Assembly: GCA_010909165.1 (NCBI GenBank)
Contig: MU008178.1
Coordinates: 756,369 to 820,368, forward strand
Direction of reading: 5' to 3'
DNA length: 64,000 nucleotides
Source of the DNA: Anthoceros angustus
Lineage: Eukaryota; Plantae; Anthocerotophyta
Below, one piece after another: positions 36,762-49,367 of this stretch. A model generated the notes under the pieces. The model was not told where the DNA came from. It was given only the letters and a program-made list of their open reading frames with translations, and ran no database searches. The position numbers were made by a program, and so were the translations under genes. Every line of letters starts with the position of its first letter. Position 1 is the stretch's first letter.

Positions 36762-38210
36762 AGAGCACGCTACTCTGTTGTCGAGCTCTGCAAGAGTGAA
36801 GGCGGCATTCATGTGCTCCTGGAGTACAGTGGACGTTCCGTTCCAAATTGGGAAGCCTCAGGGGAGACATGAGAACATCTGTGCCGGGGCGGGGATCGAA
36901 ACTTTGGGTGCGCAGAAGACGGGCGATGTACATTCCGCATGTTTCTGTATGTAGCCTTGTACAGTCAGTCCTTGGGGGCTTCGTACTATGGATTTGTGAT
37001 GTGCCAGAAAGAGCTATTGGATCTGTTGAGCGATTGAACGTCAGCTAGGTTACCCCAATTAGTTACGCTTGCCTCAAATCTCTATAGGTACCCAAATGCT
37101 GATCCTCGTTCTGGCCGAGATAGATCATACAGACAGAAACACCCGCCGTAGAACTCTTGACATCTGAACAATGCAGCAGCACGTCGACCGCATGTGGCTG
37201 CTGAGTTCCTGCATCCGTCCCCGTTCGTCCTGCTGACTACGTCGGATATGGAATTGAACATGACTATTCTTCATAGGATCAGGTCTAGATCCTGACATGC
37301 TTGCATCTGTCTCCCTTTTTCGCTTCCCTTAACTTGTACCTGAAGCTAACCTGCGGGCATATGACATTTTCGGATCGTCGGCCGCAAATGGGCGTTGTGC
37401 TCGAAAGTGCTCGAAAAAACTCCTCCCCTTTCTGACGAACATGAACTTTCCGCCAAAAAATACCTCTTTGTTTCTTTGGTAGGAGCTCAGTCTGCAAAAG
37501 TTGCTCTTGCGTTATGAGACAAACTATCAAGACTCTCAATCGTCTTCACAGTATTCTACCAGATTGCAGACGTGACTGGGACGGAGGGGGGGCATTTGAG
37601 CATCTTATAGAATTACTTCTCGTAACTGTAGTTCACCGTGACACGAGTGGTCTGACATAACATCGAAGCTGAGAAGATTTCAACGAATGTGAGGTAGAAG
37701 GAGAGGGAGGCCACGGATAGAATTGGTGCCATCGTTCCAACACCGACATCACCAGATCAGGGACCAGTTTGAGCAATTGTTATAAGCAATCTTCATCACT
37801 GTGCACCAGATACCGCTAACGTGAACACGAGGTAATCATGTCTCCCTGCAGGCTTTCCGGTCACTCGCTTAGCCAGAATCTGGAAGACAGACAACCAACA
37901 GGCAAGCAGATGACCAAACTCTGATATAAACCGGTGCAAACATAGGTCTTCAAACAACAACCGAACGTGTGCGAATACCTGAACACGCCAACGCTTTCAA
38001 CCTGTCCGCCCCCGCATCCTGCAGAGTTGAGCAAGTGCTGACTTCGCATTGAGCCTGCAGCACAAGGAGCCACAACTGTATTAAACTCTTTTCGTCGCAG
38101 CAACAGCATAGCTCTTGAGAGAGTGAAGCACACCTGAGGGGAGGCAGCAAAAAACTGGCTCGCTAGAGGCTTTTCCTAGTCCGAGGGCAATAGAAACCCA
38201 ACGCGGATGA

Positions 38211-40532
38211 TCAACTTCGTTCCTGCTCATCGACAATTTCTTGGCTCTCTGCACCAGGTTGTCGGGATGCTACTTCCCTCTGCATTGAGAGAGCTGCAGC
38301 CGTGGAAGGGAAGAGTTCCAGCATCTCCTCCGAAAGCTCAGCAGCTTCATCCACCATACCAGCATTGTACAGGGATGAGCAAAGGATTGTGTATGTCAGA
38401 GCCTTTGGGGCGCGGCCCACTACCTTCATGTGCGTCAAATAGTCCAGAGCCAGTTTTGTTTTGCCTGCTTCACAGAACGCGGGGATGATGATGTTGAACA
38501 GTCCATCGTTTAATATTTGACCCTTGTGCACCATCTCCTCAATCAGGTGCAACTTGCCAGTTCCGCAGAGGCTTCTGACTAACGTTTCACACACACCTTT
38601 GTCTGATCCAGGCCCCTTTTCCATGATTTCAAAGTAACTGTAGGCCTGCTCGAGCATGCCCGCAGAGCACAAATTTTCTATCAGGGTCCTGTAAGTGATT
38701 TTATCTGGAACACAACCTGCCTCGTCCATTTGTGCTAATATCCCAAGGGCATCCTGAAGTCTCCCTGCTTTGCAGGCACCATCAACCAAAGTGTTGAAGG
38801 TGTGAATATCGGGTGGGCAACCGTTCGCTGACATTTCCCCCGCAAGCTTTTGTGCCCTGTCTACTTCAAGATTCCTGCACAGGCCTTTCATCAAGACATT
38901 ATACGTCACCACACTGTATGAACCACCCCTCTGACCAATATTCTCAAACACTTTGAAAGCCTCTGCTAAATGTCCAGCTTTAGCAAGACCATCAATGACA
39001 GCATTGGACACACATATATCTACACTGTCCGTCCTTTCCACACATTCTTGAAAAATTTTGTAGGCTTTCATCTCTTCACCCGCCTTCATCATGCCATCGA
39101 TTAGCAGAGTAAGATTAGGGCCAGCTAGGGCAAGCCCACTAGCCGTCATCTCCTCATACAAGTTACATGCTTCCACAGCCTCAGACGTCTTTTGCGATTT
39201 CAGATATCCTTTGATAAGAGTGGCGTACATCACCATGTTAGGTTTGATTCCCTTCCCCACCATTTCCTTGAACAGCTGATGAGCCTGACGCACATTCCCA
39301 TCTCTCTGTAGCCCTTCCAAGAGAATTCCAACTGTGAACTCGTTGGGGACATAACCAGCTCCTGTCACTTGTTGGAAGAGTTGCCAAGCATCATCCACCT
39401 GACCTGAGCGAATGTAGGCCTGCAAGAACGAGTTAAAAGTAGCGACCTCTGGCTGCAAACCTAATCCCTTCATTTCATTCAAAAGCGTCAATGCCAGTTC
39501 AATCTCGTCATTCTTGCAGAGTCCATGAATCAATATATTGAAAGTGTATGCATTAGGACTGCTGCCAGCTCTCCTCATCTCGTTGAACACAAACAAGCCT
39601 CCCTCCACATTTCCAGCCCTGCAGTACGTCTGCACAAGAGATGTATAGGTCACGACCGTGGGCCGGATGCCAACCCTTATCATCTCCGTGAAAAGATTCT
39701 GCACCTCCTCCAGCTTTCCAGCCTTCCCAAGGCCGTCAATAAGAGTAGTGTAAGTGTAAGCATCAGGAGGACACCTCGCCTGTCGCATTTCTTGGTAAAC
39801 CTCAAGGGCCTTCAACGGCCTTCCAGCCTTCACTAACACACTCATGACTGCATTATAAGGGAAAGTATGCGGCTGAGCATTTCCACTATGCTTCATCCAC
39901 TCAAACACCTTCACCGCCTGATCAGGAAGTCCCGCTGCCCCATAATTCTGAATGACTGTTCCGAACAGCGTGGGAGTCATCTTGCAATTCGTCCGCAGCA
40001 TCTTCTGCAGCAGCTCCTCCACAACATCCGCCTTCCCAGCCAGGCTCTGGATGCCCAGAATTGCGCCATACGTAGCCGACGAGTGCTGGAATCCTGCCTG
40101 CAATTCAGCCCATTGGAAGAATCTCAAACACTTGTCCGCGTTCCGGTTGTCTGCAGACAGCCTCCGCAGAACTTCCAGCAAGTGCGAATGTCTCAATTGC
40201 ACCGCCAGATGCCTCAGGGCATCCTCAGTCGAAGGCAGCCACTCCCCCTGCCCCACAACACCCATAATCAGATCCGCATTAGCCGTCTGGGAGAAATGTG
40301 ATCCAGCTTGCGGAAACCCATTCTCCCTTGAACCCAAGTCCACCAAAGCCGAAGCTTCGAAACCCCGATCTGCATATCGCAGGCGGGGTTGGCGGGTCCC
40401 GAAGCAGTGAGAGGAAGATGGGTACAGCAAATTCAACCCAGACCCTGGCAACCTCAGGACACGCAAAGCCCGCATGGAGAGAAGCCAGGCGCACGCAGCC
40501 TTGCGGAACGCCTGGCTTGCCCCTCCTGCCAT
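38211..40532 (-). CDS. P-class pentatricopeptide repeat protein, 773 aa, single exon
   Basis: Long ORF with tandem 35-aa PPR motifs (e.g. TYTTLIDGLGKAGKLEEVQNLFTEMIRVGIRPTVV). Confidence 0.95.
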   Translation of the reverse strand: MAGGASQAFRKAACAWLLSMRALRVLRLPGSGLNLLYPSSSHCFGTRQPRLRYADRGFEASALVDLGSRENGFPQAGSHFSQTANADLIMGVVGQGEWLPSTEDALRHLAVQLRHSHLLEVLRRLSADNRNADKCLRFFQWAELQAGFQHSSATYGAILGIQSLAGKADVVEELLQKMLRTNCKMTPTLFGTVIQNYGAAGLPDQAVKVFEWMKHSGNAQPHTFPYNAVMSVLVKAGRPLKALEVYQEMRQARCPPDAYTYTTLIDGLGKAGKLEEVQNLFTEMIRVGIRPTVVTYTSLVQTYCRAGNVEGGLFVFNEMRRAGSSPNAYTFNILIHGLCKNDEIELALTLLNEMKGLGLQPEVATFNSFLQAYIRSGQVDDAWQLFQQVTGAGYVPNEFTVGILLEGLQRDGNVRQAHQLFKEMVGKGIKPNMVMYATLIKGYLKSQKTSEAVEACNLYEEMTASGLALAGPNLTLLIDGMMKAGEEMKAYKIFQECVERTDSVDICVSNAVIDGLAKAGHLAEAFKVFENIGQRGGSYSVVTYNVLMKGLCRNLEVDRAQKLAGEMSANGCPPDIHTFNTLVDGACKAGRLQDALGILAQMDEAGCVPDKITYRTLIENLCSAGMLEQAYSYFEIMEKGPGSDKGVCETLVRSLCGTGKLHLIEEMVHKGQILNDGLFNIIIPAFCEAGKTKLALDYLTHMKVVGRAPKALTYTILCSSLYNAGMVDEAAELSEEMLELFPSTAAALSMQREVASRQPGAESQEIVDEQERS

Positions 40533-43401
40533 GAACAGCCGATGGATCGAGAGACATCCTTCGCATCAAATTGCGCCGTGACAAAAATTTTACGTAAATA
40601 TTTCGATTCGTTCGTGGAGTCGTGTAGGGAGGTACCAACACTATCGCTTGCCTACTTCCATCGTCCAGGGGTGTTTTTAATATTGTCGATAATTGCTCGG
40701 GCGGGGAGGGTTGACGGATAACTACAGACCTATTAGGTGATGACACTCTCGGGCTTTGTGCAAACATAGAATTCCGGAAAGACGAATGCTGTAGACCATG
40801 CACCGTGGTATGTGGGAGATGGTAATAGCAATAGCTGCATCTTTCCCTCCAAGCAGATATGTACTTGGAGTTCGGACGGGCTTGGCAATTTGGCAGCTCC
40901 TCAATCTCGAGGATTCATCACTCTTTCATTCTTGAAATTCTCTTATAATCTATTATCAGGTGTTTAAGTTGGAACTTGATGGGAGAGGCGTACAGAGATG
41001 TCCACTGTGAGGAAGGACTACGTCAAGCTGTCCAGGAGCCACCTAGGGACGAATTCCTCAGCGCACTGCAGGTTTGGTTCGCGTTTGAGTCTTTCGTGAA
41101 AGGCTCTGCGGGGGGCAAGAGGAAATGTAATGGGATTGTCGGTGGTTTTGCAATCATTGCCTGTTTGTCTGGTGAAAGCTGGGTTTCAGATCAGGCATGT
41201 CTCAGTCTGTCGTTGAATGGTGGGCAGGGACGACACGGAGCTATGGGACAGCCCATCTGGTGGCGAGTGCGATTCAGAAGTCACGTCCAGCTCCTCGGAC
41301 GAGCTGGACTGCTTTCGTGCCAGCTGCGAGGGAAATCGTTCGAGGGATCAGCTAGGAAGAGAGTTGGGACCAGAGTTGACGGTGGGTGAGGAAGAACATT
41401 TGCGGTATTTGAAAGTCTGCATTGCGTTGCACGGTGAGCAGCCCAGCTCGAACTTCCACCTCGACGTGCAACTTGGAAAGCGTGGGTTGACTGTCGGGTT
41501 GTGGTTTGTGTGTCGTAGATGATGTTGCTCTGCGGTGCCTCGGCTTGGAGGACTTGAAAACGTTCTTCGCGAAGCACGGGATGAGGACTCAGGGCCGAAG
41601 TCTACTTTGCTGGCGCGGATTAGAGAGTATGAGGAGTGAGTTTCGTGGATTGGCTAGTGGCCTGGTTATGGTTCTCTCAGTGTGCGTGTGAAGCCCTTTG
41701 CGTCCCTGACCCTTTCGAGCTTCCTTTGCAGAGTGGTAGAAGCAGGCGGTGAAGTGAAGTACCCTCCGTTGAGCTTCACGGTTGATAGCCATCTAGGTGC
41801 AGTGCTGAGAAAGAATCATCGTTTTCTTGCGTCATAGCTTTACTTGGGCACCCAGTTTCACATTGCTTCCTTGGTGCATCCATGTGACAATTGCACAGGT
41901 GATTTGATCAGGTGTGGGCAGCATGCTTCTATCAGCCTCAGCTGTAGGACATATTTGCAGGTGTTTTCCCACAATAAATTTGTCCTCTAACATGTTTCAC
42001 ACCTTATAGGTTTCATCAGAAGGTTAACTTTGACGGCGGTCCACCCAAAACGCGAACTGTGTCTGGGCGAGTGATTGATGTAGGCTGCGGCCCGAGATGG
42101 GAACGAAGTGTCATGGTAAGTGCAGAGCTAGAGCTTCAGAGAAAGCAACACAGTCCAGGTTATGATTGGAGCAGAATGCACATGCCAAGTATATAGTCCT
42201 CTTGTCTTTCGGGTTTCAGGTTGAAACGTATTGGTCTAAGGATATCAACCGAAAGGTGTGCTGACAACAACCACCCTGACTGGGAGATGCGCGGAATGAT
42301 GATCATGCGCCAGGTAAAGTCCTTCCAGCCAAAGCCTCAAGCACGGTAGCTTGCATGACAAGAGTCCGACGTAATGCTGACTGAGAGTTCAACTGTGTAG
42401 CCATGGGTAGATGAAGGAGCGAGAAGGGCTGTTGAGGAAGGAAGGCGCTGGAGAGATGGGGATTCTGAATATGTCAACGGTTGCCACGAAAATACTCTAG
42501 AAGTCCCTAGACAACTGCACAGAATTCTCGGTCTGAATTGCCAAGAGAGACCCTTGGTTTCTGACTTTTTATACTCCCATGATGTGTGTCATTGAGCTCG
42601 TCAACCCATGCTGGTGGCACTGGGTCTTACCGGTGAATATGTGCTGTCCAGTGAAGGAGCCCAAGACAACTTTCGAAAGTGGGCGAGGATCTGATCATGG
42701 TGAACGCCTCGTGGAGGAAATTTCAAATGAAGGTAAATAATGACACTGCTGTGCAAAGCTCACCCGAGTATGGGCCGACATTGTTAGATTGACAATGGTG
42801 TCCCCAATATTCTCATGGCATGGTTGTCAACTTTCAGGACAGGGGGACACAGCCTCAAAGCCATACAGAAGGTGTAGATATCAGAATCTGAAGAAAGCTC
42901 AAAGCAATAGGCAACAACGTTCTGCCAACTGCTTGTCACAGATTGAACGGTGTGGCAGACTTCGCCACACCTCAGTTCTAAGTCCAGATTCATTTCCTTA
43001 TTATCATCAACAACTTTTTCTAGTGTAATGGTCAGGGCACCGAGTGAAGTTCTAGTTACAATTAGAGATGCAATGAGGGGTGCTTCATAGGACCTCCATG
43101 GAATTAGGCAGCACGTGCTTCGTCAGAGAGTTTGAAGTCCAGGGTCACTGTATGTTGTCACTTGTTCCTTCTGATCCTGTTCTTTCTAGCCGAATGATGA
43201 AGATCAAATATGTTTGCGCAGTGGCTCTGAGTGCCAAACCGCACCAAGATTATGTTGTTGATCTCTGACGGCATTTCTCTGAGCTTCTTTCATGCCTTGT
43301 GAAGAGTTTCTCTAGGGGATTTTTGTAGATGCCCCTGAGATCATGCTGGTGGGAAAATAAATGCTGACGTGGTTACTGAACGGTGTTGACAGCAGGAGGG
43401 A

Positions 43402-44624
43402 ATGTCCCTGCGACGAGTCTCCATTTTCATGAGCGTTGCTAACATGGAACGAATCACTCTGCTGAGCTTTCTGGTGGCTGCCTGCGCAACTGCCTATTTG
43501 CTGGTGCGTACCATCCACATCTGTGTTCTTGCAGGTGCGTGAATGTTGCTTCATTGTACTTCTTGCGCTATTCAGGCTCGGCAAGGACACTTCGCGAGTT
43601 CTCCAGGAAGAAACCTATCCGTCAAGGTTTCTCCATTACCCTCACAGGTGAGAGTCGATGCGCCTTGGCACTTTCGAGGAGTATAATTCTTGACCTGCTC
43701 CTTGTTTCTGAAGAAGGGAATTGAATGTGAGCGAAGGACGCCACAGGAGCGAAGGTGCTGGTGCTGACCGACAGGCAAGGCATCGAACTGTACCTCCGCC
43801 ACTGGCCAGCGGCGGCATCAGATACCAAAGGCTGCCTCCTCATGGTGCACGGCTACACTTGGCATAGCGCGTACTTCGCAGAAACAGCAGAGCTTCTTGT
43901 GAAGCAAGGGTTCGGTGTGGTTGCATTCGACCTGGCCGCACACGGGCTGAGTGGATCAGTGACTGGCGTCCCGGGATACCATCCAAGCTTCACAGACCTT
44001 GTGGACCAGGCTCAGCTGGTGCTGGAGCATTCACAGCAGCAGCTATACCCTGGGCTGCCTTCCTTTGTTTACGGGGAGAGCTTGGGTGCTGCCATCGTCC
44101 TGACCCTGGTGCAGAGGCCTACAGTAGCAGCTGCAACATCAGGCGTGATAGCAGCCGGTGCAGTGAGCGAGCTGCCTCTCGTTCTCCCTCCGAAGCCGGT
44201 GATGGCCTTGCTGAAGGCCGTCGCGAAGGTGCTGCCGCTAGCAAAAGTCCCAGGAGACAAGGCCACAGACGAGGGAGAATGGATCGGCGCGTTCGGGGAC
44301 AAGGATCTGGCGAGAAAAGCTTTCAAGGAGGATCCCCTAGTGGTGAGGTCGACGAGGCTGGGCACGATGGCCGCCATTATCCCGGCGCTGGAATCCCTCC
44401 ACGGGAACTTGGAGAAGATCACTGTGCCACTGCTGGTGTTGCACGGCTTGGAAGACACCAGAGCCAGGCCCGTGAGCTCCCGGCATCTGCACGATCGGGC
44501 TGCAAGCCGGGACAAGGAGCTGCATCTGTACGAGGGGATGCACCACCAGCTGCTGCAGGAGACAGCTGCTCACAAGCAGCGTGTGTGGGAAGACATGACC
44601 GCTTGGCTTGCAAAACACTCGTAG
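43402..44624 (+). CDS. Alpha/beta hydrolase, Hydrolase_4 (monoacylglycerol lipase/caffeoylshikimate esterase-like); main exon about 43737-44624, upstream exons tentative
   Basis: VHGY, FDLAAHGLS, GESLG nucleophile elbow, HGLED and YEGMHHQLL. The tentative 5' exons MSLRRV...FLVAACATAYLL and ARQGH...LPSQ have GT donors. Confidence 0.8.
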
Positions 44625-45394
44625 GACACTGCGTGCATTACGTATAATGTACGTCCGTACATGGTCAGTAATCCTTCGTAACGACCGAGGATTACTTCAA
44701 CGAGTACATACATGAATTCACTTCGCTGTGAGAGACTCCGGTCGCGTGTTGAAAGGTACTTTTGGTTCCACTACCGGGCGAGTCGGGTAGATTTCACGTG
44801 GCGAGCAGGTTTGTCATGATTTCGTGACGAGAGCAGTACTTGCAATGAATGGATTGGGGATTAGGTCTGACGAGCGTGACGATGGGGACACATGGGGGAA
44901 TCTGGTGAGGCGAGGCGGTGTGAGCTGGGAGACGGAGGGGGAATTGTTGGTGGGTGGTAAACCAACGGGGAACCAGGGGCCTCCTACGCGGAGGGGGTGA
45001 GGGACCGGGTTTCTTAGAGAGAAGATTCCGGGCCCGATGGTCGGACTGGTGCCCTGGCCGCCGTCCCGCTGTCCCGATGTCCTGCCGTCCGGGTCGCTGG
45101 AAATGCACGCCGAACAGAGCATGAATTGGCAGGAGGCCGCGGCGTGCAGGTGCGCAGGTGCAGTATGCTGCTGCTGCTGCTGCTCACGCTGCCCAGGCTG
45201 CCGCTGACATGGTTTCTGCCCTGTTCACACTGCTCATGGGGCGTGTGCTGGTGGTTGCTGCCTCTGCCCGGCTGCAAGAGCGGCGGCATCATGATGTTTG
45301 AAGGTGAGCCAGCGCCTCGCTTGCTTTGTGTTCGTGTGTTTGAGTGTGATTCTGGAATGGGGGTGATGGGAAGGAGGAGGCTGGCACTGGCTGA

Positions 45395-46753
45395 TTGGCA
45401 AGCAATGTGGGATTATGTGGGATTGAAGCAGAGCGGCTCCGGAAACGCAGACCGCAGCCTGCCTGCCTGGTGGACTGCCTGCCGGAGGAGGTGCTGGGGA
45501 GCATTCTGGCCAGGTTGCCGCCGCGGGACGCAGCCCAGGCGCGGACGGTGTGCCGGGAGTGGGACAAGGTGGTGTTGTCGCATCCGGCCAACCCTGTGGC
45601 GCCTTGGTGTCTGCTGGCCTGCACCGTGCCGGGCTCGGAGGAGGCTGGAACCCTGTGCTGGGCTTTCGACCCCAGTTCCGGCACATGGATGAGGCTTTCG
45701 CTGCCCACGGCCCCGGACTCGCGGTATGTGCGATTCTCGCGATACTCCGGGGGGGATTCCGGCCTCGTCGGCTTCACGGAGCACGAGTGGGGGGCGCCGC
45801 TCACGCACTACTGGGTCGGGAACCCGCTCACGGGCAACTGGCGTCGGATTGCGTGCCTGCCGGGGCTGGCGGACCGGCCTCAGTCTGAGGAGGATGCGCA
45901 GCAGGAGCAGGAGCAGGAGCGGGAGCGGGAGCAGGAGCAGGAGCAGGAGCAGGAGCGGGAGCAGGATCCCCTCTCCTGCTCCTTCTACACCATCAACGAG
46001 CTCATCGTGGACGCCAAGACCGGGTGCTACGACGTCATCCAGTTCTGCATCCGGGAGGTCGCGGATTCCTACGCCTGGAGCACGCACATCTACCACTCCA
46101 AGACGCAGCAGTGGAGGGAGGGGGCGGCTATGGTGCACGATAGGCTCTTCTGCATGACCAGCTGTGTGGCGAACGGGCTGGTGTACTTCCTCCTCGTGGG
46201 AGATCAGGATGCATTCACCTTCAAGGTCATGGGCTACAACCTGGAGGAGGATCGGTTTGAGGAAGTTATGGGCACCGCACCAGTGTGCATTCCGGAGGGC
46301 AATCTCAGCTGGGGGAGTTTCCAGCTCTTCGCCACTGACAGCACAGAGAATGATCATGGCAAGAAGCCGCAGCTAGGAGTTGTGGCAGGTCTTGCCTCAG
46401 GGCAGGATGGCGGAGATCTTCATCTGGACGAGGACTTTGAGTGGCCCCTTGATAAAATGTGCGTCCTCAAATTCGATACAGGAGCTCAGCATTGGGCGAT
46501 TGACAACAAGTCACAGATCTGCATCAAAGACTCCTTCCCTACAGGTTGCTCCATCCCTCACGTTTCTTCTCCAGCGAGCTATTTCTACCTGTCCCGGCAC
46601 CAGGAAGTCAACGCTCTTCTCATGTACCAGGGCAGCAAGGCACACTGGTCTCCTCTCCCAGTCCCTCTCCACTACCGGCATCTGCTTGATGCCCGTGGCT
46701 GCTGGCGAGCTTCCATCGGCAGCTTCGTTCCTCGACTTGATGTTCGACCTTAA
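45395..46753 (+). CDS. F-box protein with kelch-like C-terminus; true start probably in an upstream exon
   Basis: F-box VDCLPEEVLGSILARLPPRDAAQARTVCREW, then AFDP...W, VGNPLTGNWRRI and IYHSKTQQW; (CAGGAG)n QE tract at about 45900-45965. Confidence 0.85.
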   Translation: MASNVGLCGIEAERLRKRRPQPACLVDCLPEEVLGSILARLPPRDAAQARTVCREWDKVVLSHPANPVAPWCLLACTVPGSEEAGTLCWAFDPSSGTWMRLSLPTAPDSRYVRFSRYSGGDSGLVGFTEHEWGAPLTHYWVGNPLTGNWRRIACLPGLADRPQSEEDAQQEQEQEREREQEQEQEQEREQDPLSCSFYTINELIVDAKTGCYDVIQFCIREVADSYAWSTHIYHSKTQQWREGAAMVHDRLFCMTSCVANGLVYFLLVGDQDAFTFKVMGYNLEEDRFEEVMGTAPVCIPEGNLSWGSFQLFATDSTENDHGKKPQLGVVAGLASGQDGGDLHLDEDFEWPLDKMCVLKFDTGAQHWAIDNKSQICIKDSFPTGCSIPHVSSPASYFYLSRHQEVNALLMYQGSKAHWSPLPVPLHYRHLLDARGCWRASIGSFVPRLDVRP

Positions 46754-47087
46754 CATCGTCGATAGGACAGGCTTCATACAAGACACGCAAGTTGGCCCGA
46801 CAGGCATTTGCCACGTCTTCTTCGAGGTTGGAATCTCTCCCTTGATAGCTACATGAAGTTACCTACGAGGTCCTTCGTCCTTCTCCTCATAAAAAGGAGG
46901 ACAATAAGGGGTAGGTTGTACGAGTATGTACTATATTAGGCCGTCATAAATCCATCTGCTGCGGTATTATTAGCGGAGGTTGTGCCTGAGTTCTCGAGAA
47001 ATTGGAACACTTAGAGTGCGAATGCCATGCAAAGGTGGATCATGATTGGTATTATACCGATACAATTGGAAGAGCAAAATTCTCGCA

Positions 47088-48308
47088 TCACTGAATTTTG
47101 AGCCATTTCAACAAGGCCATCACCTCTGAAAACGCTCGGAGATCTGCGTCTGTGGCCATAAATGGCGGGAAGAACAACCACATAGCAGACGTCAACGAGA
47201 ACCCAAGTGTGAATAGGATACAGAGCCAGTGAGGAATCCTGACTGCCTTCCTCAGATACGGCTTACAAGCGACCTGCAGACCAGTGGCTACCCCGTGAAG
47301 GGTAAAGAAGGCTGTCATCTCCCCTGAAACATATGCAGACAAATAGCCGACACAAATCTCATGCATAACCCCCGATACAAAGAACGTCAAAACCGTAGCG
47401 CAGAATCGAGCAGCTTTGGTAGGAGGGACTGGCTCCCGCAAAGCTTTAGTCCCCACCGAGACCTTGCTGTTGGAACCATCCCCACCCTGTTGCCCTCTCC
47501 GCCGGAGATTGGCCGAGTTAGCCTCCTTCGCTACAAATCCGGCAGGCTTTCTCGAGTTGTCTAAGATTCCACCGCGGGGCGTCAGGAACACGAGCGTAGG
47601 CTCGTACACAACTTCCTTTAACAGGGCACTGACAACAAGGTTCCATCTACGAGCCCAGAAGTCTTCCAAAGATGAAGCTGCAAAAGGGTTGTCAAAGTGT
47701 GGCTCAAGTTCCACCCCACACAAAACCGCTGCTGGTACTGCCCCGCCCTCTAGCACTAGTGTCACAAACAAGTACAGGTTCACAGAGTACGCAAATGCTA
47801 TAACAGCAAGTGGGAGGACAGACCGGAAGACAAAAACTCTGGTAGACACTCCCAGCAGCAGCAGCTTGATGACACATCGCAAGGCCAGATATGGACCAGT
47901 CTCAGACGTCGTCAACTTGTCCCACCATGAAGCGTTCGAAAGCACATGTTTCAGAACCCTTCCCTTACGACGGATGTGGACGGGAAAGTGCATTACAATC
48001 GTAAACCGGGCATAGGTTTCGCGAACCCAAGGCTCAGACCCTGGGCCTTTGTCCCAGCACAACAAGAGCACTTTGAACGTAGCAAGCCAGGTGAAGAAAA
48101 AGAAGTACAGACCCACTGCAATCACATGGGTAGACCTGTCAAAGATGAGAGGCAGGACTACATAACTCAAAAACACTGGAACTGAGGCAAATAGTCGAGG
48201 TAAGCCACAAGGGAGACGACGCACACCCCAGTACAAGTAAGCTGAATCTAAGCAGACAGTCCCAGCAGCTATTCCTATCCCGTTTTCCCATCCCACCTTC
48301 AACGCCAT
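47088..48308 (-). CDS. MBOAT wax synthase / sterol O-acyltransferase-like, copy 1
   Basis: ELEPHFDNPFAASSLEDFWARRWNLVVSALLKEVVYEP and FFVSGVMHE (catalytic His); intact 407-aa ORF. Confidence 0.92.
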   Translation of the reverse strand: MALKVGWENGIGIAAGTVCLDSAYLYWGVRRLPCGLPRLFASVPVFLSYVVLPLIFDRSTHVIAVGLYFFFFTWLATFKVLLLCWDKGPGSEPWVRETYARFTIVMHFPVHIRRKGRVLKHVLSNASWWDKLTTSETGPYLALRCVIKLLLLGVSTRVFVFRSVLPLAVIAFAYSVNLYLFVTLVLEGGAVPAAVLCGVELEPHFDNPFAASSLEDFWARRWNLVVSALLKEVVYEPTLVFLTPRGGILDNSRKPAGFVAKEANSANLRRRGQQGGDGSNSKVSVGTKALREPVPPTKAARFCATVLTFFVSGVMHEICVGYLSAYVSGEMTAFFTLHGVATGLQVACKPYLRKAVRIPHWLCILFTLGFSLTSAMWLFFPPFMATDADLRAFSEVMALLKWLKIQ

Positions 48309-48772
48309 CACCTCCTAAGATCTTGCTTCCAAGCACGGGTTGACTGTATAGATACTCAAGCTGTATGGTCAAACTGTTCGCACTCGTTGGAAAGCACATC
48401 AAACAACCAGTGCACGAGGTTACAAGATCCAAGGGACAGATGCCGAAACCCTGGATTGTATTCCAGATTTGCCAGTGAGACAGTCCTGTTAGCCGGTTCC
48501 AAATCAGTGAGCTTGGATGAAATAATTCAGCTCGTTTCCTAGATCAAAATACAGATCCATCCAAAAGAATGCGGCTCCCCACGATGGTCCCCGACAGCTC
48601 CTGAGGCTGTCAAGCTTCTGCGCAAGCAAATGCAGCTCAGCCATGACCATTGAGTTCCAACACCACCACCAACCTACCCCTAGGTGCAAAGGTTGGATTC
48701 GGGCAGAAATATGGAGATCTGACCAGAGAAAAACAACAGAGGTCACTACTGAGGTGCAATCCTACCACAGCA

Positions 48773-49075
48773 CTAGCTCTTGGGTGCAGCACTTTCTCTA
48801 GGAGCCGGACTGACGTAGGTTGCGAGCAAGCCCGTGAGAGCGAAAGTGGCGGCCATGACGACCTGTTTCAGATCATTCTCCGCATTTGGCGAGCGCGAGG
48901 ACACAGCACATCAAGGAAGCAATGACACCACCTTGTAGCTGAACCTGACACCAACAGTCCCCAGCGAAATAGCGAGAAGGCTGAAGTAATCAGGCAGCAG
49001 ATAACGGGCAGCCAAAGCGTGCAGATTGGACGGCCTGGCGGCCGACGGCAACCTACGACCTGACACGGTGGCCAT
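48773..49075 (-). pseudogene. Asterix (UPF0139/PAT10) pseudogene
   Basis: Aligns to 51076-51387 but has a 1-nt deletion that gives TGA at 48911-48913 and a further deletion of about 8 nt. Confidence 0.85.
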
Positions 49076-49367
49076 CACCAAAACCGAGCACGAACAATTT
49101 CCGATTTCAAAGCTTTGGCAGCGCGCAGTCCGCTGACGCTTCTGTCCACCCAATTCCACCTGGGCCCCGCTCCTCTCAGCGTGAACCAGGTTGTGACTCC
49201 TCTACAAGGATCTACACAGATAGTACATATGTAATACGTATGACCACATACACACACAGTGTATATGTGATCTATAGAGTCTTCGTCAGGAGTTCACAAG
49301 AGCAAACCTCTATCGCAAGACCAACGTGAGTTTGCGCCTAAGGAATGCTGGCAGGTGAACGCTCGCA

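Noticed and set aside
43725-43730. ATG immediately followed by TGA in frame with the hydrolase, as a nonsense mutation or recoding site
   Set aside because: More simply explained as intron sequence once the upstream exons are used; there is no support for recoding
43755-44624. Horizontal transfer of the hydrolase (long uninterrupted GC-rich ORF)
   Set aside because: Motifs fit the plant MAGL/CSE family and upstream introns are likely; no bacterial signature could be shown without a search
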